Shown: one piece after another, positions 10,402 to 25,450 of the stretch
How positions within the stretch are numbered: position 1 is the stretch's first letter
How the letters are laid out: every line of letters begins with the position of its first letter
NCBI GenBank assembly: GCA_963422615.1
Contig: OY730414.1
Span: forward strand, 930,001 to 994,000
Direction of reading: 5' to 3'
Length of the DNA: 64,000 nucleotides
Source of the DNA: Longimicrobiales bacterium
GTDB taxonomy: Bacteria > Gemmatimonadota > Gemmatimonadetes > Longimicrobiales > Gaopeijiaceae
The notes under the pieces: model-generated
The model's input: only the letters and a program-made list of their open reading frames with translations
Databases searched by the model: none
What the model was told of the DNA's origin: nothing
Program-made: the position numbers and the translations under genes

Positions 10402-11685
10402 ATGCCAGAACTCACGTTCGAGCGGCTCCGCGGCGCAGTCGCCGGCGACGCGGTGGCTCTGCGGTCCCGGATGACGCTGCAACCCGCCGGTGGCGAAGGA
10501 GACAAGGTCTTCCCGCCATCCTACGCGGTCGAGGGACGCGCCGAGCACAAATACGCGGTGGAGGAGCGCCAAGTCGGCGATGGCGACAAGGTGTCCGTCA
10601 CCGTGTTGCTGGACTCGGTGGCGTCCCAAGCGAACCGGGCGGAGCTGGCCCTGCTCGACGGCTGGGAGCGCCGCAAGCTGGCTTTCCCAGTTCCCTATGT
10701 CGATTTCGCCGGCGTCAATGCCGAAGCCGGCGTCGATGCCGAAGACGTAACGGACTACGAGAAATTGACGGTGCTGGAAGCACCCCACCGGCTGGCGGAC
10801 GCCATCTTCCGCGACAGCCTGCTGAACGGGACGCTATTCCGCTTGTCGGACATCGGCCGCGCCATCACCGACGCCACGCCACGCAACGCCACGGCCCTGT
10901 TCCGCTACTCCCCCACTTCTCTGTTGTTCGGCATGTGGGATTCCACAGGCCCGAAGGGCGGCTTGGGATCCAAGTTCCAGCGGGCCTATGTTTCGGAAAT
11001 CGTCGGCTTCGATGCCAGGGTCGGCAAGAAGGTCGGCAGCCGCATCGATCCGTTGCAAATCGAGAAAGTTGCACCGGAGGACCGCGTGTTCAACAGCGCC
11101 GACCCAAACAAGGTATGGACGACAAACGCAGCTGAGGCGGAGAAGGACAAGAAGGGCAAGCCGGTTCCCGCCTCGCGTGGCAGCGCGAGTGGCGAGGCCG
11201 GCCAGCCGTCGAAGATCAACCACGGCAACATCGTCCCCTCAATAGACGCTTTGGCCGGCGGCGTCACCATCTCCAAGGCGTTGCAGACGACGCTGGTCTC
11301 CTTCGCGGCCCTGCGCCGACTGCGTTTCAAAGGCTTCGACCGCGACGCCGAGACCGCCGCCCGCACGGCAATCGCCGCGCTCGGCGTGGCCGCCATCGCC
11401 TACCAATACGAAACGGATTTCGACCTGCGCTCCCGCTGTCTGCTGCTGCCGGCGCATCCACCGCGTCTGGAACTGCTGCGTCGGGACGGTTCGCCCGGCG
11501 AGGTCGTGGAAGTGGACAGCGCCACGGCGGCTCGGATTCTGGCAGATGCGGCGGCACATGCGAAAAAGTCGAACATCGGCTGGGAAACCGACGAAGAGAA
11601 GATTCGTCTTGTGCCGGCGCCCAAGCTGCTGGAACTGATTCGGCGCAGTCGCAAGGTCTCGGTCCGCGAGCAGCCCGCAGGGTAG
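10402..11685 (+). CDS. csb1: Type I-G Cas7 (Csb1)
   Basis: LQPAGGEGDKVFPPSY, LLDSVASQANRAE, EAPHRLADA, LLFGMWDS and DLRSRCLL motifs. Confidence 0.95.
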   Translation: MPELTFERLRGAVAGDAVALRSRMTLQPAGGEGDKVFPPSYAVEGRAEHKYAVEERQVGDGDKVSVTVLLDSVASQANRAELALLDGWERRKLAFPVPYVDFAGVNAEAGVDAEDVTDYEKLTVLEAPHRLADAIFRDSLLNGTLFRLSDIGRAITDATPRNATALFRYSPTSLLFGMWDSTGPKGGLGSKFQRAYVSEIVGFDARVGKKVGSRIDPLQIEKVAPEDRVFNSADPNKVWTTNAAEAEKDKKGKPVPASRGSASGEAGQPSKINHGNIVPSIDALAGGVTISKALQTTLVSFAALRRLRFKGFDRDAETAARTAIAALGVAAIAYQYETDFDLRSRCLLLPAHPPRLELLRRDGSPGEVVEVDSATAARILADAAAHAKKSNIGWETDEEKIRLVPAPKLLELIRRSRKVSVREQPAG

Positions 11686-17199
<5,514 letters not shown>

Positions 17200-17700
17200 A
17201 ACCCTTGTTCCGGCTTCGTCGTTCACCCCTGCCTGCTTCATGTCGGCCGCGACCCCGATAACCGTGAACCAAGGGTTGTTCGCACCCGGCGGATATATCC
17301 GCATCCCGAGAGGGCTCTGACCTGGGTTGAAGGTCTTCGCCAGTCGCTCGTTCACGACCGTGACTGGCTGCATCTGCCGGCTCGAAGCCCCGTCCCTCCA
17401 GGATCCGGATCCCCATTGTCCCCGTCGACGGCGGTCCAGTAGTCCACCGTTGTGCGGAGCCCGTATTCCGTCTGCTCCACGCCCTCGAACTCCGTATCGT
17501 TGGCGTCTGGCAACCCCGACATGGCGGTTGCCGACACCACGCCGGGAAGGCTTCGGATCCGCTCCAGCGCCGCGGAGTAGAACGCCCCCACGTCTGCGGG
17601 TGCCGGGTAGTCGCTTGCGGGAAGGTCCAGCTGCATAATCAGGAGTCCGTCCTCTCGGAAGCCCAGTCCACCTCCTGCAACGCCGACATGGAGCGAAGCC
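17200..17700 (-). pseudogene. Frameshifted internal fragment of an ADOP/MacB-FtsX-type ABC permease
   Basis: Three consecutive frames give GLGF...FYSAALERIRSLPGVVSAT, MGIRILEGRGF and VVNERLAKTF.PGQSPLG..WFTVIGVAADMK; no start and no TM segments. Confidence 0.8.
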
Positions 17701-17716
17701 ATCAGCCCCGAACCCC

Positions 17717-19132
17717 TCAGGGGCCCGCCCGCCGCGCCTGAGCCGCTCCCATGCCTACCGAGAGGGCGATCCAGATGCCCGCCAGGGGTACCGTCGCCAT
17801 GGCCACCCACGCGATCCCCAGTCCCAGAGCGGCAAAGCCCTTGTCGATTCCAGCCCCGGCGACATCCCCGAACCGGTACAGGAAGACATCGACGACAGGC
17901 TTGGCCTGGTACTTCTCCCGGGTTGTCACGACGCTGAACAGGCTCTCTCGGGAAGGCCTGGAGACTGCGTGACGAGTTGCCCGATGAACCGCTTGGAAGA
18001 CAGCAAAGACACCGAAGACGGGCCAAACCGCCAGCACCGCAAAGCCGGCCAGCGTCACCAGCGGGAGAATCGCCAGGGTCCGGCCGACGCCCAGCCGCTT
18101 GATGAGGTGGGTGGTGACCAGGACCTGGGTGATGAGGGTTGCGGACTGGGCCAGCAAGTCGAAGAGGGCAAAGTTCTCCACCCGCTGGCTGAAGGTGTCC
18201 GCGCTCTCCAGAACGATGTTTGCCTGAGTGAAGTAGATCATGGTGTTGGAGACGGCCATGAAAACGACCCATGCCCCGATTCCCAGCAGGTAGGGGGAAG
18301 CGACGACGGACCGGACCCCGTCCCCAAACGAGGCCGAACGGGCCGTCTCGGGGTCTCCCGCGCTGCTGGGAGGGGCGGGTGGACCCGTTCTCGGGGTTGA
18401 CGATGTCTGCCGCCGGGCCGTCATCCGATCCAGGACCAGCATGACCCCGATGGCTGCGGCGAAAATTAGGCAGGCGGACAGGATGAGCCCCACGGGCAGA
18501 TAGGCGGATTCCGTTGCTCTGCTGATCGAGTTGGTCGCCCAGCTGCCGACAATGGAACCCAACGTGCCACCGGCCCCGATGAAGGCGAACATCCTCTTCC
18601 CCTGGTCCACATCGAAGATGTCCACCATGAAGGCCCAGAAGACGCTTGTCATGAAGAGGTTGACTACGCTCAGCCAGACAAAGAAGGTGTAGCCCGTGAC
18701 CCTGGACAGCCCCGTCTGGCCGTCGACGCCGATCAAGCCCCCGCCCGACTGGATATCCCAGATCAGCAATCCGGCGAAACCGGCAAGGCAGACGATGACG
18801 AACAGGTACCAGGCGGGAATGAAGCGGCGGCGGTTCGCCCGGGCCACGACGCCGCCGAAAGCGAGGACGACCACGAGGGACACAACGGATGTGACGACGA
18901 ACAGCCAGCGAAGTTCGTCCATCCCGCGAGAGACACCCATGGCGTCCCGCACGGGACGGATGAAGAAGTACCCGCAAAGGACCAGGAAGAAGAAGACACC
19001 CGACAGGAGGGCGAGGCGAAGTTCACCCGGTTTCATGTTCAGCACGCGCGCAGCAAACGAGACGCCGGTCAAGGCGAGTACGACCAGGGACCCGAGGGCG
19101 ACGACAACAACCAGCCATAAGACACCCGTCAT
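17717..19132 (-). CDS. MFS transporter, NTP/NDP exchange (TLC/AAA)-like
   Basis: YFFIRPVRDAMG, NLFMTSVFWAFMVD, SRPSRESLF and KYQAKPVVD motifs; multiple TM segments; GGGAG upstream of the ATG at 19132. Confidence 0.85.
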   Translation of the reverse strand: MTGVLWLVVVVALGSLVVLALTGVSFAARVLNMKPGELRLALLSGVFFFLVLCGYFFIRPVRDAMGVSRGMDELRWLFVVTSVVSLVVVLAFGGVVARANRRRFIPAWYLFVIVCLAGFAGLLIWDIQSGGGLIGVDGQTGLSRVTGYTFFVWLSVVNLFMTSVFWAFMVDIFDVDQGKRMFAFIGAGGTLGSIVGSWATNSISRATESAYLPVGLILSACLIFAAAIGVMLVLDRMTARRQTSSTPRTGPPAPPSSAGDPETARSASFGDGVRSVVASPYLLGIGAWVVFMAVSNTMIYFTQANIVLESADTFSQRVENFALFDLLAQSATLITQVLVTTHLIKRLGVGRTLAILPLVTLAGFAVLAVWPVFGVFAVFQAVHRATRHAVSRPSRESLFSVVTTREKYQAKPVVDVFLYRFGDVAGAGIDKGFAALGLGIAWVAMATVPLAGIWIALSVGMGAAQARRAGP

Positions 19133-19474
19133 TTCACGCTCCCTTTGTGTTTCTGCTTGGGTTCGGTTCTCTTGGCGTACAATGGGAATGGGACGGGACA
19201 TGGCGCCCGCCCCGCTGGGTCACGCCTGCGTCTTGTCGCCCGCAGACGGTTCCCGGTGCTAGCCTCGTGAGCCGACCACACGTATGCCCGCTCCCGTCGC
19301 CTACACGGAGCCCGAGCCGGCGAGCCCGCCCGCAACATGGATCGCTCTTGAGCGTTCCCACGGGCACGGCTGCTTCCGATCGGGCTGGAACCCTACCCAA
19401 CAGAAGGGGGTTAACCAGGGTCGGCAAGTTGTCGGCCCCGTCGGATTAGCCGATCGGCGGTGAATTAGCCCCCC

Positions 19475-20818
19475 ATGACTCCGATGCCGCTGTCGAAACT
19501 TCGAGTGGTTCCAGCCCGCCTGATCGGCGCCCGCCCCGAAGAGGTCGGGATGGCGCTTCTCCCGGGGGCGTATCTGTTCTTCATTCTGTCGGCGTACTAC
19601 GTGATTCGGCCGATCCGAGACCAAATGGGTGTGGCGGGAGGGGTGGAGAACCTACCCTGGCTATTCACGGCGACGCTCTTGGGGATGCTCGTCGCCCACC
19701 CCCTCTTCGCCGCAGCCGTGTCCCGGTGGCCCCGCAAGCGATTCGTGACGCTCACCTACCGGTTCTTCCTTGCCAACTTGGTGATCTTTTTCGTGCTCAT
19801 AAAACTTGCATCCCCAGGCGAAGGGGTGTGGGTGGGGCGGGTTTTCTTCGTCTGGACCAGCGTCTTCAACCTCTTCGTGGTTTCCGTCTTCTGGTCTTTC
19901 ATGACAGACATCTTTCGGGAGAGCCAGAGTCGACGCCTCTTCGGTTTGATCAGCGTCGGAGGCAGTCTGGGTGCGATCGTCGGGTCCTCCATCACGGCCT
20001 TTCTTGCCACCGCCTTCACACCGGTCAACCTGCTGTGGATCTCGGTCTTTCTGATCGAAGGTGCGGTGTTCTGTTTCAAGGCGCTGGACCGGCGGCATCC
20101 AGCCCCGAAAGCGAAGGGAGAAATGCAGGAATCCGCGTCCCAGGTCATCGGCGGTTCTCCGCTGGACGGAATTCTGCGGTTGGCAAGATCTCCGTATCTG
20201 GTCGGCATCTGCGTCTTCTTGCTCCTCTTCACCATCGGGTCCACATTTCTTTATCATATGCAGGGGTACTTCGTCGCCCGGACCCATTTCGGTTCCGGGG
20301 CGCAAACCGCCGTGTTCGCGCGCATCGATCTGGCTGTAAACATTCTGACCCTGTTGACCCAAGCATTTCTGACTGGGCGACTCTTCAGGTGGCTGGGCGT
20401 CGGATTCACCCTGGCGTTACTCCCTCTGGTCAGCATTTTCGGCTTTACGGTCCTGGGAGCCATGCCGATTTTTTCGGTGTTCGTGGTCTTCCAGATTTTC
20501 CGTAGGGCGGGGGAGTACGCGGTGGGCCGGCCCGCCCGGGAGGTGCTGTACACCGTTTTGTCTCGAAGTGACAGGTATAAGGCAAAAAACTTCAACGACA
20601 CCTTCGTGTATCGGGCGGGTGATCAGGCCGGGGCTTGGTCCTTTGCCGCTTGCGGGGCATTGGGCTTGGGAACTGCCGCCATGGCCTTTTTGATGCTGCC
20701 AGTAGCGGCACTGTGGTTGCTGGTGGCGCTCTGGCTGGGGAGGCAGCAAATGGCCCGGGCCTCCGCCGTTCGGGCAGAGGCAGCCGCGATCTTCCCTGCC
20801 GGGGTCTCCAAACGATGA
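19475..20818 (+). CDS. MFS transporter, NTP/NDP exchange (TLC/AAA)-like, paralog
   Basis: YYVIRPIRDQMG, NLFVVSVFWSFMTD, GRPAREVLY and RYKAKNFND motifs. Confidence 0.87.
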   Translation: MTPMPLSKLRVVPARLIGARPEEVGMALLPGAYLFFILSAYYVIRPIRDQMGVAGGVENLPWLFTATLLGMLVAHPLFAAAVSRWPRKRFVTLTYRFFLANLVIFFVLIKLASPGEGVWVGRVFFVWTSVFNLFVVSVFWSFMTDIFRESQSRRLFGLISVGGSLGAIVGSSITAFLATAFTPVNLLWISVFLIEGAVFCFKALDRRHPAPKAKGEMQESASQVIGGSPLDGILRLARSPYLVGICVFLLLFTIGSTFLYHMQGYFVARTHFGSGAQTAVFARIDLAVNILTLLTQAFLTGRLFRWLGVGFTLALLPLVSIFGFTVLGAMPIFSVFVVFQIFRRAGEYAVGRPAREVLYTVLSRSDRYKAKNFNDTFVYRAGDQAGAWSFAACGALGLGTAAMAFLMLPVAALWLLVALWLGRQQMARASAVRAEAAAIFPAGVSKR

Positions 20819-21939
20819 ACGTTGACCCAACACCGCCCGGCGTGAGGGACGCGGAGCCGCCCGCCGTCGGTGCGGACACAGACGGACCCCGAAGGGGGAA
20901 GGAGGCAGGGGGAGGGGATGACAGAGGGGACGCCGATCGGCGCTCCGCGAACTGCCCGAACTGCAGTGCGCGGCGATCCGGCCGTTTTTGCTCCAGGTGC
21001 GGCCAGAACGACCGGAACTACGCGCGGTCGCTGACGTCCGTCCTTCGGGAAGTGCTCAAAGAGACGTTCGAGCTGGATTCGCGGCTCTTTCGGACCCTGA
21101 AGCTCATGGCGCTCCAACCCGGGGAGCTGCCTGGCGAATTCTCGCGCAACCGTCGCGCGTCCTACGCATCACCAGTGCGTCTCTATCTCTTTGCGAGTCT
21201 TCTTTTTTTCTTTGTGCTTTCTGTGTCGGAGACCACAACCTCGGAGAGCTTCCAGATCGAGATGGAGCCGGATTCGGCGGGTTCGGGCGTGGAAGCGCAA
21301 GAGCCCGATCCTCCTGGCGTTGGGATCGCCGAACCGACTCCCTCCGAAATCGAGGCGCTCAAGGCGGTGCTGCCACCGGAGCAACAGCGCAAGCTGGACG
21401 AGATCGTCGGTCGGCCGGACAGCAGTTGGGGATTGGCGTTTGTTTCCGCCATGGCGGCGGCGGCCAGGTCGGAAGATTTTGAAGCGGACCTCAACAAGGC
21501 TACGCGCTTTCTGCTCGTTCGAACCATAGATGCGATACACAATCCCCAGCTACTGGGGGAGCGATTGCTCAACAATCTGCCGATTGCGATGTTCTTCATG
21601 TTGCCTGTGTATGCAGTCCTTCTGGCGTGCGTGTACTTTCCGAAACGGCGTTTTTTCGCAGAGCATTTTGTATTCGGCATGCACGTCCACGCCGTGGCCT
21701 TTGTCGTGTCCACCCTGTTGCTTCTCGTGCGAGCCGCACCAGAAGGCGCGGTGGCCACCGGTTTGGCGATCTTCCTTTTCGTTGCGCTGGGGTTCCATTA
21801 CTACATTGCACTGAAGCGCTACTACGGCGACGGTTGGATGTCGGCCGCCTTCAAGGGAGGGCTTCTTTCGATGATCTACGGCATCTTGCTGATCCCGAGC
21901 TTCCTGCTGGTCGTGTTCGTGACGCTCAGTTTGGGCTGA
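20815..21939 (+). CDS. DUF3667-like membrane protein with N-terminal zinc ribbon
   Basis: CPNC..GRFCSRCGQ, DSRLFRTL..PGEL..R.SYASPVRLYL, then several TM helices; ATGA overlap with the upstream stop. Confidence 0.85.
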   Translation: MNVDPTPPGVRDAEPPAVGADTDGPRRGKEAGGGDDRGDADRRSANCPNCSARRSGRFCSRCGQNDRNYARSLTSVLREVLKETFELDSRLFRTLKLMALQPGELPGEFSRNRRASYASPVRLYLFASLLFFFVLSVSETTTSESFQIEMEPDSAGSGVEAQEPDPPGVGIAEPTPSEIEALKAVLPPEQQRKLDEIVGRPDSSWGLAFVSAMAAAARSEDFEADLNKATRFLLVRTIDAIHNPQLLGERLLNNLPIAMFFMLPVYAVLLACVYFPKRRFFAEHFVFGMHVHAVAFVVSTLLLLVRAAPEGAVATGLAIFLFVALGFHYYIALKRYYGDGWMSAAFKGGLLSMIYGILLIPSFLLVVFVTLSLG

Positions 21940-22063
21940 CTCCGGTTTTCGGACTGCCCATTCCGTCTCCCCACGCGTTCAAGCGAATAGGCATCGCTCT
22001 ATTCCTGCCCTCTAGGGGCCGCTAGCTTGACTGAAACTTCTTTCCTGGCGTAGATATTGAGAA

Positions 22064-22290
22064 CGTTCAGGCCTGGCGGGTACCGGACGTCGGAGTTGGA
22101 AGGCCATGCTGCCATTGCAGCGAAGGTCAAGGAGTACGGCGTGCCTTGACGGGGCGGTCGAGCCGCGTGCAGGGTTGCTATCGCGACTTACAGGCCCTCG
22201 CCCGAACGATCGCGAAGCGATGCAAGGTTGCAGTGCCGTAGCTGCAAGGCTGCTGTGCTGTTACAGCCGTAACAACTGTGCGGCCATGGG
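22064..22290 (+). ncRNA. Candidate structured non-coding RNA (unassigned)
   Basis: Intergenic between convergent genes; at least six short stems and a possible -35 TTGACT at 22027; no credible ORF. Confidence 0.35.
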
Positions 22291-22291
22291 A

Positions 22292-23476
22292 CTAGAACGC
22301 GGCCACTCCGGTAACCGCCTGCCCCAGGATCAGGGAGTGGATATCGTGGGTTCCCTCGTAGGTGTACACCGACTCCAGGTTGGCCATGTGGCGCATCGAC
22401 GCATACTCCGCCAAGATGCCGTTGGCCCCCAAGAGTCGCCGGGACTCGCGGGAGACGTTGCACGCCATGTCCACGTTGGCCCGCTTCGCCAAGCTGACCT
22501 GTTGCGGCTTCATCTCGCCCCGGTCCTTGAGCCGCCCCAGCCGGAGGCAGAGGAGCTGCCCTTGGGTGATCCCGGTGAGCATGTCGGCGATGCGCGCCTG
22601 CTGGATCTGCTTCCCGGCGATGGGGCCGTCGAACATGACCCGCTCTCCGGCGTAGCTCACGGCCTCGTGGAAGCAGGCCATGGCGGCGCCCACGGCACCC
22701 CAGGAGATTCCGTAGCGCGCCTGGGTCAGGCACATCAGGGGGCTTTTGATCCCCGCCGTGCCCGGCATCAGTGCGTTGCGCGGAAGACGAACGTCCTCCA
22801 GCACCAGCTCGCTCGTGTCCGACGCCAGGAGGGACAGCTTCCCCTTCTGGTCCCGGGCGCTGAAGCCGGGAGTGTCGGCCGGAACGACGAAGCCCCGGAT
22901 TCCCCGGGCGTCCCCGACTTCTCCGGTCTGGGCCCAGACCACGGCCACGTCGGCCATGGAGCCGTTGGTGATCCACATCTTGGTGCCGTTCAGCACCCAG
23001 CCGTCCCGGGTCTCCCGCGCCGTCGTGATCATGCCGGCGGGGTTGGAGCCGTAGTCGGGTTCCGTCAGGCCGAAGCAGCCGATGGTTTCGCCGGTGGCTA
23101 GCTTGGGCAGCCAGTGGCGGCGGTGTTCCTCACTCCCGAAGGCGTGGATGGGGTACATGACCAGCGCCCCCTGCACCGACACGAAGGACCGGATCCCCGA
23201 ATCCCCCCGTTCCAGCTCCTGCATGATGAGACCGTAGGCCACGTTGTTGAGACCGGCACAACCGTATGCCTGGGGCAAGTTCGCGCCCAGCATCCCCAGT
23301 TCGCCGATTTCCGGGAGCAGCTCCGCGGGGAACCGGCGCTCAACGTATGCTTCGCCGATGATCGGGAGGACCCGGTCTTCCACCCATTCCCGGATCGCAT
23401 CCCGGACCATCCGTTCCTCTTCGGACAGCAGCGAATCGATGTCGTAGAAGTCTATCCCTTCGAACTTGGCGGCCAT
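22292..23476 (-). CDS. Acyl-CoA dehydrogenase (glutaryl-CoA dehydrogenase-like)
   Basis: ELERGDSGIRS, GCFGLTEPDYGS, NGTKMWITNG and YTYEGTHDIH motifs. Confidence 0.93.
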   Translation of the reverse strand: MAAKFEGIDFYDIDSLLSEEERMVRDAIREWVEDRVLPIIGEAYVERRFPAELLPEIGELGMLGANLPQAYGCAGLNNVAYGLIMQELERGDSGIRSFVSVQGALVMYPIHAFGSEEHRRHWLPKLATGETIGCFGLTEPDYGSNPAGMITTARETRDGWVLNGTKMWITNGSMADVAVVWAQTGEVGDARGIRGFVVPADTPGFSARDQKGKLSLLASDTSELVLEDVRLPRNALMPGTAGIKSPLMCLTQARYGISWGAVGAAMACFHEAVSYAGERVMFDGPIAGKQIQQARIADMLTGITQGQLLCLRLGRLKDRGEMKPQQVSLAKRANVDMACNVSRESRRLLGANGILAEYASMRHMANLESVYTYEGTHDIHSLILGQAVTGVAAF

Positions 23477-23535
23477 TGTGGGGTTCCGGGCGAGAAGTAC
23501 TGGTTTCCAGGGTCTGACCTTGACCGCAACGCTTA

Positions 23536-23904
23536 CTACCTAGTGGGTCTGCGGCGGAAGCGCAAGACGCCGAAGAAGAGCTCTCTTCCGGCACGGGCTC
23601 CCAGCCAGAGCGTGGCGACGACAGCCCCGATCCAGCCACCGATGACCAGCCGCGACGGGTCCTGAACGAAGTAGATCCACGCCGCAAGGGCACCTGCCAG
23701 GGCCAGGCCGGAGAACCTTCCGGCTAGTTTTGCCCGGGCATGGGCCTCGGCCAGGCAGGTTGGACACCAGAGGAGCCGGTCCAGCTCCGATGCCGCCTGG
23801 GGTCGGCCACAGCTGGCGCAAGACAGGTCCCTGCCCAGGGTGTCCCGACCGCGGGATGCGGCGGGGGTATCCCGTCTACGGGAACCGCCGGTCTTCGCGT
23901 TCAT
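23536..23904 (-). CDS. Hypothetical membrane protein with CxxC..CxxC
   Basis: CASC/CPTC plus two hydrophobic helices; operonic overlap with the upstream gene. Confidence 0.7.
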   Translation of the reverse strand: MNAKTGGSRRRDTPAASRGRDTLGRDLSCASCGRPQAASELDRLLWCPTCLAEAHARAKLAGRFSGLALAGALAAWIYFVQDPSRLVIGGWIGAVVATLWLGARAGRELFFGVLRFRRRPTR

Positions 23905-24935
23905 TTCAGGGTCCGGATGACGGCGTCGGTAAAGGCTTTGGTGCCGTGGTTCCCGCCCATGTCCCGGGTTCGGGCCGTTCCTTCGAGGACCACGGACCGG
24001 ATGGCTTTCCGAATTCGGGCGGCCACGTCTTCCCGACCCGTGTGGTCCAGCATCAGGCAGGCCGACAGGAGCAGTCCGGTGGGGTTGGCCACCCCCTGGC
24101 CCGCGATGTCCGGGGCGGAGCCGTGAACTGCTTCGAAGACGGCGTGATTCTCTCCGATGTTCCCCGCCGGCGCGAATCCCAGTCCGCCGACCAGGCCGGC
24201 CATCAGGTCGCTCAGGATGTCTCCGAACATGTTCTCCATGACCAGCACGTCGAACCGGTACGGGTCCAGGACGAGGTACATCGCGGTTGCGTCAATGATC
24301 CGGTCTTCGAAAGCCACCCGGTCGGAAAACTCCTCGGCGATCCGGGCTCCCACGTCCAGGAACAGCCCCTGGGTATGCTTCAAGATGTTGGCCTTATGGG
24401 CCAGGGTCACCTTTTTTCGTCCGTTGGCCAAGGCGTACTCGAAGGCGAAGCGCGCGATCCGCTCCGACCCGTAGCGGGTGGTGATCATGACCGACTCGGC
24501 GGCTGCCTTCGGATCCCGCTCCATCCCGATGAAGTGCTCGACGCCGACGTAGAGGCCCTCCGTGTTCTCCCGAATGAGGACCAGGTCGATGTCCTCATAC
24601 CGCCCCCCCGGGACGACGGTGTGGACGGGGCGGACATTGGCGTACAGGTCGAACGCCTTGCGGATGGCCACGTTGACGGAGCGGAACCCGGAGCCGGCCG
24701 GGGTCGCGAGAGGTCCCTTCAGGGCCACCCGATGGGTGGCGATGGAGTCCAGCGTTTCTTGGGGAAGCGGGCTCCCGTGAGGACCGATGGCCGATACCCC
24801 CGCCGCCTGGCGGTCGTACGCCAGGCTGGAGCCGGCGGCGTCCAGTACCCGAAGCACCGCCTCCGTAACTTCGGGACCGATTCCATCGCCCGGGATGAGC
24901 GTGATGGTGAGTGGGGCCGAAGGGGGAGTCGTCAA
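23901..24935 (-). CDS. NAD-dependent isocitrate/isopropylmalate dehydrogenase family
   Basis: LIPGDGIGPEV, RENTEGLY, HKANILK, ENMFGDILSD and FEAVHGSAPDIAG motifs; start uncertain (ORF is open to 25109 but would overlap msrB). Confidence 0.92.
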   Translation of the reverse strand: MTTPPSAPLTITLIPGDGIGPEVTEAVLRVLDAAGSSLAYDRQAAGVSAIGPHGSPLPQETLDSIATHRVALKGPLATPAGSGFRSVNVAIRKAFDLYANVRPVHTVVPGGRYEDIDLVLIRENTEGLYVGVEHFIGMERDPKAAAESVMITTRYGSERIARFAFEYALANGRKKVTLAHKANILKHTQGLFLDVGARIAEEFSDRVAFEDRIIDATAMYLVLDPYRFDVLVMENMFGDILSDLMAGLVGGLGFAPAGNIGENHAVFEAVHGSAPDIAGQGVANPTGLLLSACLMLDHTGREDVAARIRKAIRSVVLEGTARTRDMGGNHGTKAFTDAVIRTLK

Positions 24936-25038
24936 GGGAGTCGAAGCGAACGCAGGGGTCGTTGCCCCGTCCTTCACGGGGCCGGTCGTGGTAGAGGCGG
25001 GGCGTCGGTAGGGCCGTCGCTGGCCCGCCATCTCCGCA

Positions 25039-25437
25039 TCATTCACTTGACCTGAACACCAGCGCTGCGGAATTGATGCAGTAGCGAAGACCCGACGGTT
25101 TCGGTCCATCGGGGAATACGTGGCCCAAGTGGGCGTCGCACCGGCGGCATTTCACTTCGGTTCGCCGCATGAAAAACCTGCCGTCCTCCCTCTCGTCCAG
25201 GCAGTCCGGCCCGGCCGAGGAATGAAAGCTGGGCCACCCGGTCCCCGAATCGAACTTGGCGGAAGAATCGAAGAGGGGTGCCCCGCAGCAGACGCACGCG
25301 TAGGCGCCGGCTTCCTTGTGCTCCAGGTACTCCCCACCAAAGGCCCGTTCGGTGCCGCCCCTACGGGTGATCCGGAACTGTTCGGGGGTGAGGCGGGCGC
25401 TCCACTCTCGGTCGGTCTTGCGGATCTTGTCGGTCAT
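25039..25437 (-). CDS. msrB: Peptide-methionine (R)-S-oxide reductase
   Basis: GTERAF, KFDSGTGWPSF, HLGHVFPDGP and RYCINSAAL motifs. Confidence 0.97.
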   Translation of the reverse strand: MTDKIRKTDREWSARLTPEQFRITRRGGTERAFGGEYLEHKEAGAYACVCCGAPLFDSSAKFDSGTGWPSFHSSAGPDCLDEREDGRFFMRRTEVKCRRCDAHLGHVFPDGPKPSGLRYCINSAALVFRSSE

Positions 25438-25450
25438 GTGGGTGCGGCCT

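Noticed and set aside
17352..18977. 541-aa ORF
   Set aside because: Alternative frame over the MFS gene; only its last ~110 aa belong to the permease remnant.
22160..22200. GAGCCGCGTGCAGGG resembling the start of group II intron domain V
   Set aside because: The complementary half (..CGGTTC) and domain VI are missing, and there is no RT nearby.
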